NCBI GenBank assembly: GCA_036391815.1
Contig: DASVZD010000036.1
Span: 1-36,756 of the forward strand
Origin: Rhodocyclaceae bacterium
Lineage (GTDB): Bacteria; Pseudomonadota; Gammaproteobacteria; Burkholderiales; Rhodocyclaceae
DNA length: 36,756 nucleotides
Reading direction: 5' to 3'
This document shows, in pieces, positions 20,861-27,634 of the stretch. Position numbers and translations under genes: made by a program. Below the pieces are notes generated by a model that did no database searches, was not told the origin of the DNA, and saw only the letters and a list, made by a program, of their open reading frames with translations. Each line of letters begins with the position of its first letter. Position 1 is the first letter of the stretch.

Positions 20861-23524
20861 ATGCGCGATATCCACCTGAAGAGTGCCGCCCAGCCGAACC
20901 TGGCGCGAATGCGCCTGGCGATGAAGAACGCCGGCACCACACGCCGTCTGCGCGGCTCTCGCCACCGCAAGGAAGCTGCCGGCGCCGCGCAGTTCGACCC
21001 GGTGCGCCACGAATACACCGCGGCCGTCGAGATGATCCACACCGTGCTGGCATCGGAAGGCGCCATTCCCGACTCGCGCGTGCGCTACTGGGTGCAACCG
21101 TTCAGCAAGGTGAGCGGCGACTTCTTCTGCCACGCAGTGCACGAGAAGCGCGGCTGGTTCGGTCTGTTCGCCGATGCCGCCGGCCACGGGCTGCCGGCCG
21201 CCATCTATGCGCTGCACATCCCCGTGCTGTTTCGCGAAGCGGTGCTGCTCGGCATGCCGCTCGCCGGCATCTACGACCACCTCAACCGCTTCCTGCTGCG
21301 CCAGCAAGTGTTCAGCGAATACGTGTGCGGCGCACTCGTGCACATCCATGAACGCGAGGTGGCCGTCATCAACGCCGGCGTGCCTGAAGTCCTGCTGACC
21401 TCCCACGAGGGCCGCATCCTCGAGACCTTCGGACCCAGGCGCTTTCCCATGGGCATCCGCCCGACCGAAGGAGACATCGAACCGCAGCGCTACCGGCTGC
21501 CCCGCGACCAGCACGGTTCGCTGTTCCTCTGCTCGGATGGGCTCGCTGAACTCGGCATCCGCTGCGGCGCCGAGGGACTGGGCATCAAGCGCATACGCAA
21601 GGCGCTCAGCGAAGGCACCGAGGAGGCGTTCGAACGGCTGAAGGCCGAGGCCACGCGCCATGCGGACTGCGTCCATGACGACGTCAGCCTGGCGCTGGTG
21701 CCGGTGCCGCTCGCCCGCTGCGACCTCGCGGCCGACGAGGAGCTGTCTCCGGCGCCGCGGCTGCAGGTGGCCGAAGTGATGCCGCGCATCGTGGAGAGCC
21801 TCGAATACGGCGTCTTCCTGACGGACGCCGATCTGCGCATCCTCTACGCCAATCCATCGCTGGCGGCGGCGACCGGCCTCGCCGCCGACGGCATCGTCGG
21901 CAAGTCGCCCAGCATGCTGCACGCGGGGCGGCGGCGCGAGGAGCTGTTCGACTCGATGCAGCGGTCATTGCGCGACGAAGGGCACTGGAGTGCCGAGGTG
22001 TGGAACCGCGACGCCAACGGAGCGCTGCGCCCCTATCGCATGGTGCTCGACGCGCTGCCCGGGGATGACGGCGGCATCGGCCACTTTCTCGGCACCTACA
22101 CCGCGATCGAGTCCGCCAAGGGCACGGGCGAGGCGGCCTACGGCTCGCTGACGCTGCCCGACCCGCTCACCGGCCTGCCCAGCCGCGACCTGCTCAACGA
22201 CCGCGGCCAGGTCGCCGTCGCCCGCACGCACCGCGGCTCGCGCAGCCTGGCGGTGCTGTTCATCGATCTCGACCGCTTCTCGTCCATCAACGAAAGCCTC
22301 GGCCTCGACGTCGGCGACGAAGTGCTGCTGGTCGCCGCGCGAAGGCTGGCGAGCACCCTGCGCGAGGACGACACCATCTCGCGCTACGGCAACGACGAGT
22401 TCGTCTGCCTGCTGTCCGACATCGCCGAGCAGCACGATGCCGCCATCGTCGCTCACAAGGTGCTGGCGGCCCTCGCCGAGCCGATCAGCGTCGTCGGCCA
22501 TGCCATCAAGATCGGGGCCTCCATCGGCGTCAGCATCCTGTCGCGGGATTGCAGTTCCTTCGAGGACCTCATCGTGCAGGCGGCGCGCGCCATGCACCGT
22601 TCGCGCGAAGCGGGCGGCAACCTGGTCACCTTCTTCGACGCCGAGATGGACAAGTCGATGGGCCGCCACTTCGACCTCGAAACGCGCCTCAACTCGGCCG
22701 TGGACGCCGGGCAGCTCGAGGTCTTCCTGCAGCCGAAGGTCGATCTCTCCGAGGGCGGCATCATCGGCGCGGAAGCGCTGGTCCGCTGGCGCGATCCGCA
22801 AGAGGGCCTGGTGTCGCCCGGACTGTTCATCCCGATCGCGGAGAAGAGCGACTTGATCTCGCGCATCGGCCAATGGGTGCTCAATCGCGTGTGCGCGCTG
22901 CTGGCCGAGCGCCATGCCGACCTGCCGCAGCACTTCCATATCGCGGTCAACGTGTCGCCCAAGCAGTTCGAGCGCGACGACGTGGCAGGGACGGTGGCGC
23001 AGGCGCTGCGCGATACCGGCGTGCCGCCGCAGCGGCTGCAGATCGAGGTCACCGAATCGATGTTCATCCGCGACATCCAGCGCGTCGTGCAGACGCTCAA
23101 CGACATCGTCGGACTGGGCGTCACCGTGGCGCTCGACGACTTCGGCACCGGCTACTCCAATCTCGCCTCCCTGAGCCGCCTGCCGCTCGGCACCTTCAAG
23201 CTCGACCAGAGCCTGGTGCGCGGCGTCGACCGCGATTCCTCGAATGCCTCGATCGCGCGCTCGGTCTGGCATCTCGCCGACGGGCTCAACAAGGAGCTGG
23301 TGGCGGAAGGCATCGAGACCTGCGCCGAATGCAGCCACCTGAAGGGAATCGGCTATCGGCTCGGCCAGGGATACCGTTTCGGCAAGCCGATGCCCGAAGA
23401 GGAATTCTTCTCCCATCTGGGCGCATGGTCGTCGACTTGCAGATGTCCGGGCCAGGAACCGGAATGCGCGGGCGGCTGCTGCAGCGGGCAGTGCATCCGC
23501 GCATCGGACGCTCCGCTCCAATAG
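20861..23524 (+). CDS. Multidomain signalling protein: PP2C/SpoIIE-type phosphatase, PAS, GGDEF (degenerate GNDEF, I-site kept), EAL (catalytic motifs intact)
   Basis: PP2C motifs: SGDFFCHAV, LFADAAGHGLPAA, LFLCSDGLAEL, HDDVSLALV. PAS: IVESLEYGVFLTDADLRILYANPS.... GGDEF domain: LTGLPSRDLL...REDDTISRYGNDEF (REDD 22361-22372, GNDEF 22388-22402). EAL domain: GAEALVRW, NVSPKQF, EVTES, DDFGTGYSNL, KLDQS, EGIET, GQGYRFGKP. The start could be ATG 20861, 20909 or 20921. Confidence 0.9.
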   Translation: MRDIHLKSAAQPNLARMRLAMKNAGTTRRLRGSRHRKEAAGAAQFDPVRHEYTAAVEMIHTVLASEGAIPDSRVRYWVQPFSKVSGDFFCHAVHEKRGWFGLFADAAGHGLPAAIYALHIPVLFREAVLLGMPLAGIYDHLNRFLLRQQVFSEYVCGALVHIHEREVAVINAGVPEVLLTSHEGRILETFGPRRFPMGIRPTEGDIEPQRYRLPRDQHGSLFLCSDGLAELGIRCGAEGLGIKRIRKALSEGTEEAFERLKAEATRHADCVHDDVSLALVPVPLARCDLAADEELSPAPRLQVAEVMPRIVESLEYGVFLTDADLRILYANPSLAAATGLAADGIVGKSPSMLHAGRRREELFDSMQRSLRDEGHWSAEVWNRDANGALRPYRMVLDALPGDDGGIGHFLGTYTAIESAKGTGEAAYGSLTLPDPLTGLPSRDLLNDRGQVAVARTHRGSRSLAVLFIDLDRFSSINESLGLDVGDEVLLVAARRLASTLREDDTISRYGNDEFVCLLSDIAEQHDAAIVAHKVLAALAEPISVVGHAIKIGASIGVSILSRDCSSFEDLIVQAARAMHRSREAGGNLVTFFDAEMDKSMGRHFDLETRLNSAVDAGQLEVFLQPKVDLSEGGIIGAEALVRWRDPQEGLVSPGLFIPIAEKSDLISRIGQWVLNRVCALLAERHADLPQHFHIAVNVSPKQFERDDVAGTVAQALRDTGVPPQRLQIEVTESMFIRDIQRVVQTLNDIVGLGVTVALDDFGTGYSNLASLSRLPLGTFKLDQSLVRGVDRDSSNASIARSVWHLADGLNKELVAEGIETCAECSHLKGIGYRLGQGYRFGKPMPEEEFFSHLGAWSSTCRCPGQEPECAGGCCSGQCIRASDAPLQ

Positions 23525-23615
23525 CCGCGCCTTCCCGCGTGCTAGCATCGAACGCACGGCTTCCGGCAACGGAGGCCGTTCGCGTTTTGGAACGGAGGAC
23601 GCCCTGGATTTCGAT

Positions 23616-24761
23616 GTGGTCATCGTCGGCGGCGGCTTGGCGGGCCTGGCTCTCGCCGTTGCCATGCGCACGGCGCGCCTGCGCGTCGCGCTGGTGGAGA
23701 GCCAGCCGGTGCCCGCGAGGCACGACGGCTGGGACGCGCGCGTCTATGCCATCAGCCCCGCCAACGTCCGCTTCCTGGAGCAGATCGGCGTCTGGCGCCG
23801 CCTCGATGCCGCGCGCATGGCGCCCATCGCCGCCATGGAGATCCACGGCGACCGCGGCGGGCGTCTCGACTTCTCCGCCGGCGCCGTCGGCGTCCCGGCA
23901 CTCGCCTGGATCGTCGAGTCGTCGCTGATGCAGCGCGAGCTCCTCGCATCGGCGAAGCGACAGTCGAATCTCGAGTTGCTCTGCCCGGCGCGGCCCGCCC
24001 GCCTGTCGTTCGCGGCCGACCGCGCGACGCTGCACCTGCAAGACGGGCGCACGCTGGCCGCGAAGCTGGTCGTGGCGGCCGACGGTGCCGATTCCTGGAC
24101 CCGCCGGGCCGCCGGCATCGAGGTCGCGTTCCACCCCTACCGCCAGCATGGCGTCGTCGCCAACTTCGCCTGCGAGCGGCCGCCCGCGGGCATGGCCTGC
24201 CAGTGGTTCCGCGACGGCGGGACCCTGGCCTACCTGCCGCTGCCGGGGAAGCTGATGTCGATGGTGTGGGCGACCTCGCCCGAGCATGCGGCGCAACTGC
24301 TGGCCCTCGACGCCGCCGGGCTCTGCGCGCGGGTGGCCGAGGCCGGCCGGCACCGCTTCGGTTCGCTGGCGCCGCTCACGCCGCCGGCGGCCTTCCCGCT
24401 GCGCCTGATGCGCGCACCCGGCGTCGTGGCGCCGCACCTCGCCCTCATCGGCGACGCCGCCCACACCATCCATCCGCTCTCGGGCCACGGCATCAACCTC
24501 GGCTTCCAGGATGCGCGCGTGCTGGCCGAGGTGCTGGCGGCCTGTCCCGGCCATGTCCATTGCGGCGACGTACGGTGGCTGCGGCGCTACGAGCGCCTCC
24601 GCAGGGAAGAGGTGGTCGCGCTACAATCGGTCACCGACGGCTTGCAGAAGTTGTTCGCCCACCGCGGCCAGCCGGTTTCCCTGCTGCGCAATTTCGGCCT
24701 GACCCTCACCAACCATCTTCCCTTCGTGCGCAATGCGCTGGCGCGCTACGCGATGGGCTGA
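23616..24761 (+). CDS. UbiH/UbiF/VisC/COQ6-family FAD-dependent monooxygenase (ubiquinone-biosynthesis hydroxylase type)
   Basis: VIVGGGLAGLALA dinucleotide-binding motif; VVAADGADS; GDAAHTIHPLSGHGINLGFQDA. The track start is GTG 23616, inside the first beta strand (upstream in frame: ALDFDV). The true start may be a non-canonical codon just upstream: GGAGG at 23594-23598, then CTG at 23604. Confidence 0.85.
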   Translation: MVIVGGGLAGLALAVAMRTARLRVALVESQPVPARHDGWDARVYAISPANVRFLEQIGVWRRLDAARMAPIAAMEIHGDRGGRLDFSAGAVGVPALAWIVESSLMQRELLASAKRQSNLELLCPARPARLSFAADRATLHLQDGRTLAAKLVVAADGADSWTRRAAGIEVAFHPYRQHGVVANFACERPPAGMACQWFRDGGTLAYLPLPGKLMSMVWATSPEHAAQLLALDAAGLCARVAEAGRHRFGSLAPLTPPAAFPLRLMRAPGVVAPHLALIGDAAHTIHPLSGHGINLGFQDARVLAEVLAACPGHVHCGDVRWLRRYERLRREEVVALQSVTDGLQKLFAHRGQPVSLLRNFGLTLTNHLPFVRNALARYAMG

Positions 24762-24777
24762 CACTACCGGAGACTCC

Positions 24778-25494
24778 ATGATCAAACGTATTCTGCTGGC
24801 CGTCCTGGCCGCCGCCTGGATGCTGGCCGCCCACGCGCAGACCGGCGACACGGCCGACATCAAGAAGGCGGTCGAGGCCTCGCTCGGCAAGGGCACCAAG
24901 GTCGACAGCGTGCGCGAAGCCGGCGTGCTCGGCCTCTATGAAGTCGTCGTCGGCGGCGAGATCCTGTACACCGACAAGAAGGCCAGCCACTTCTTCATCG
25001 GCGAGATCATGGACGCCAAGACGCACCGCAACCTCACCGAGGACCGCAAGAACAAGCTGGCGCAGATCAAGTTCAGCGACCTGCCGTTCGACCTCGCCAT
25101 CAAGCAGGTGCGCGGCAACGGCAAGCGGGTCTTCGCCACCTTCGAGGATCCGCACTGCGGCTACTGCAAGAAGCTCGCGCACGAACTGAAGGGCATGAAC
25201 GACGTCACCATCTACACCTTCCTGTTCCCGATCCTGTCGCCCGACTCGACCGAGAAGTCGAAGGGCATCTGGTGCGCGCCGGACCGCGCCAAGGCCTGGA
25301 ACGACTGGATGCAGAACGGCGTCGAGCCGCCGGTCGGCAAGTGCGACGCGCCGATCGAGAAGGTGCTGGCCCTGGGCCGCAAGCTGAACATCCGCGGCAC
25401 CCCGACCATCTTCTTCCCCGACGGCAGCCGCGTGCCCGGCTTCATTCCGGCCGCCGCCATCGAGCAGTCGCTGGCCAAGGCCGGCGGCGGCTAA
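24778..25494 (+). CDS. dsbC: Thiol:disulfide interchange protein DsbC (periplasmic disulfide isomerase)
   Basis: ATG 24778 follows GGAG. Signal peptide MIKRILLAVLAAAWMLAAHA; dimerisation-domain-like N-terminus; CGYC active site in FEDPHCGYCKKL; GTPT cis-Pro loop (IRGTPTIFF). The 15-codon extension in the track overlaps the end of the preceding gene and is rejected. Confidence 0.85.
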   Translation: MIKRILLAVLAAAWMLAAHAQTGDTADIKKAVEASLGKGTKVDSVREAGVLGLYEVVVGGEILYTDKKASHFFIGEIMDAKTHRNLTEDRKNKLAQIKFSDLPFDLAIKQVRGNGKRVFATFEDPHCGYCKKLAHELKGMNDVTIYTFLFPILSPDSTEKSKGIWCAPDRAKAWNDWMQNGVEPPVGKCDAPIEKVLALGRKLNIRGTPTIFFPDGSRVPGFIPAAAIEQSLAKAGGG

Positions 25495-26918
25495 CGCCGC
25501 AGCAGCAGGGGCCGCAGCCGCTGATCGAAGCGCGCCTCCCACGGCGCGTCCGCTTCGTCGGCATGCGCGAGCCGGGCCTCCGGCTCGCCGGCCAGCAGCG
25601 CGCTCAGGCTGAAGTACTTGGCCTCGCGCGCGGATCCGAGCCGGCGCTGCAGCTTCCCTTCGAGGCCGCTCCAGCGGAACAGCTGGAGCCCGCGGCCGCT
25701 GTCGCCGAACTCGACGGCAAGCACGTCGTCGATGCGCAGCAGCAGCGCGGCCTCGTCGTCGCCCGCCGCATCGGTCAGCAGCAGGCAGCCGGCCGACCGG
25801 CGGACGAAGCGGCCCTGGCGGTTGTCGCGCCGCTCCATGGCCTTGCTGTCCAGCCCGATCCAGAGCGAGGTGATGAACGGCGCGTAGCGCTGCCAGTAGG
25901 CGGCGCGCCGGTCGTCGGCGTCGGCGGAATGCAGGCGGAAGAACTGCGCGATCAGCCAGTCCTTGAGCCAGCCGTTGACCATTTCGCGCGCCAGCTCGTC
26001 CGGCTTGCCCTGCGCGTCGAGCACCTGCGCATCCCACGCCGGCCTGCGCTGCCAGGGATTGCCGATGGCGGCGATGGCGGCGTCGAGCAGCGCTTCGTGG
26101 CGCCCCACGGTCTCGCAGCGCGCGTGGCGCGACAGGTAGAGCGCCACGCAGCGCTGCGCCAGGCGCGCGGATACCTCGACCCCGGCCTTCCCTGCCGCGA
26201 TGTCGAGCAGCTGGGGCAGCACCGCCAGCCACTCGCTGTCGGGTAGCGCCGCCGCCGCCTTCGCCTGCGCCAGCACGGCTTCCTGCTTCACCCACGAATC
26301 GGCGGGGATCGCCAGGCCGTCGATGACCGCCTGCAGCTCGCCGGCATCGCCGCGCAGCAGCGCCGGACCGTAGCGCTCGCACGGCGATTCGCCGAGCAGA
26401 TTGAGATGCCTGCCGAGCAGCGTGAACCAGGTCGGCCTCCCGCCGCCGCCCGAAAGCAGCTGGCCATAGCGGCGCGCCAGCCAGCCGCGCAGCGCCTCCA
26501 TGCCGATCGCCGCCGCCGGCGCCTCCTGGTAGCGCGGAAACGACCAGTAGCCGCGCAGCAGTGCCTGGAAGCACTTGAGCTGCCGGCGCGCGCCCGGGAC
26601 CGTCTCGGCGAGATCGAACAGCCGGGCACGCAAGGCAGGCTCGGCCAGCAGGCAGCGGCCCTCGGCATCGAGCGTGGCCGCGCCGAGGCAGACGTAGCGC
26701 AGTTGCGCGAGGTCGGCGACCTTCGAGCGCCGCCGGAAGGCCGCCACTGCCCGCGAAATCCTGTCCGCGGCGACCGGCCGTCCCGCCGCGTTGTCGTGGC
26801 GCCGCCGCACGTCCTCGAGCGCTGCCGTCATCGCCCGCGGCTCGCCCCAGCCGGCGGCGCGGCCGAGTTCGAGCGCGCCCGCCAGCCGGGCCCGCAGCGC
26901 ATCGATCGCCGGCCTCAC
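25491..26918 (-). CDS. zorC: ZorC-like protein (candidate EH-signature domain), 475 aa
   Basis: GTG at 26918-26916 overlaps the zorB stop (GTGA, 26918-26915). The longer track ORF (to 27242) would run inside zorB with an Arg/Pro-rich prefix. The C-terminal region reads RRAAYWQRYAPF...LLRIDDVLAVEFGDSGRGLQLFRW...ARLAHADEADAPWEARF (Glu codon 25712-25710, His codon 25565-25563). This fits my memory of the EH-signature domain, and the gene occupies the third position after zorA and zorB. The family call is not verified by any search. Confidence 0.6.
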   Translation of the reverse strand: MRPAIDALRARLAGALELGRAAGWGEPRAMTAALEDVRRRHDNAAGRPVAADRISRAVAAFRRRSKVADLAQLRYVCLGAATLDAEGRCLLAEPALRARLFDLAETVPGARRQLKCFQALLRGYWSFPRYQEAPAAAIGMEALRGWLARRYGQLLSGGGGRPTWFTLLGRHLNLLGESPCERYGPALLRGDAGELQAVIDGLAIPADSWVKQEAVLAQAKAAAALPDSEWLAVLPQLLDIAAGKAGVEVSARLAQRCVALYLSRHARCETVGRHEALLDAAIAAIGNPWQRRPAWDAQVLDAQGKPDELAREMVNGWLKDWLIAQFFRLHSADADDRRAAYWQRYAPFITSLWIGLDSKAMERRDNRQGRFVRRSAGCLLLTDAAGDDEAALLLRIDDVLAVEFGDSGRGLQLFRWSGLEGKLQRRLGSAREAKYFSLSALLAGEPEARLAHADEADAPWEARFDQRLRPLLLRR

Positions 26919-27634
26919 GCCTTGTCGAGCGGGCACTTGGGATCCTCGTCCCAGGGAATTTCCGGCGGGCTTTCCTGCTTCTCGTCCAGTTCGCGGAATT
27001 CCATCTTCAACTCGACGCGGCGGCTCTCCTCGGCGCTGGCCTTCAGCGCGTTGAACGACGAGCCGCCGACGAGGAACAGCTTGCGTATGGTGCGGCGATC
27101 GTCCCGGCTGGGCGCATCCGCCGCCTGGGGGTCGAGCAGCACGCACAGCACGCGCTGCGAGCGCTGCAGGCTCAGGTTGAGGTTGTAGAGATACGAGCCT
27201 TCCTGGCTCGCGAAGCCTTCGACGACGACGCGCTTGAGCCACTTGCCGCAGTTGCCGCCGCGCGCGACTTCCACCATCTGCGGCACGAAGCGCCGCAAGA
27301 AGCTGCGCCGTTCGGGGCTGAGGTCATAGCCGCGCCGCTCGAACTCGGCCAGCGCGCCGAATTCGATCGAGTTCTCCCTGACCCGCACGCCGCTGAACTC
27401 CGGCCTCGCGGCCAACGCGGCCATGTCCGCCATGCAGGCCTTGATCGCTTCCTGCCGCGCCTGCTTCTGCGCCTCGACGCGCTGCAGTCCCTGCGTCACC
27501 GCCATCAGCGCCACCGCCATGGCGACCAGGAACAGCACCATCAGCGCCGTCATCAGGTCGGAGAACGAAATCCAGAAGGGCTTCTCGGCCGGGTCGCGCG
27601 CCGGCCGCCGCGGCAGCGTCTTCAGTCCGATCAC
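26915..27634 (-). CDS. zorB: ZorB-like MotB/OmpA-family stator protein, 239 aa
   Basis: GTG 27634 overlaps the zorA stop (GTGA). A single TM with the conserved Asp: KPFWISFSDLMTALMVLFLVAMAV (D26, codon 27559-27557). OmpA-like peptidoglycan-binding C-terminal part: VVVEGFASQEGSYLYNLNLSLQRSQRV. Confidence 0.8.
   Translation of the reverse strand: MIGLKTLPRRPARDPAEKPFWISFSDLMTALMVLFLVAMAVALMAVTQGLQRVEAQKQARQEAIKACMADMAALAARPEFSGVRVRENSIEFGALAEFERRGYDLSPERRSFLRRFVPQMVEVARGGNCGKWLKRVVVEGFASQEGSYLYNLNLSLQRSQRVLCVLLDPQAADAPSRDDRRTIRKLFLVGGSSFNALKASAEESRRVELKMEFRELDEKQESPPEIPWDEDPKCPLDKA

Noticed and set aside
23594-23618. Possible CTG (23604) start for the UbiH-family gene, 5 nt after GGAGG
   Set aside because: This is plausible because GTG 23616 truncates the first beta strand of the Rossmann fold. 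However, non-canonical CTG initiation cannot be supported from sequence alone, so it is kept as a note in the feature, not as a finding.
20819-23928. ORFs 20819..21922 (-), 21965..23671 (-, 568 aa) and 22549..23928 (+, 459 aa) overlapping the PP2C-PAS-GGDEF-EAL gene
   Set aside because: They are low-complexity Arg/Ala/Gly-rich translations. The plus frame 20861..23524 carries four clean domain signatures, so these are shadows.
23286-26574. ORFs 23286..24560 (-, 424 aa), 24203..24781 (+), 24706..26574 (-, 622 aa) and 25272..26246 (+, 324 aa)
   Set aside because: They overlap the well-supported ubiH-family, dsbC and zorC-like genes in other frames or on the other strand, and their composition is Arg/Pro/Ala junk.
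26919-27242. 108-codon extension of the zorC-like ORF (track start 27242)
   Set aside because: It would lie entirely inside zorB in another frame and is Arg/Pro-rich. GTG 26918 gives the same GTGA coupling seen at the zorA/zorB junction.
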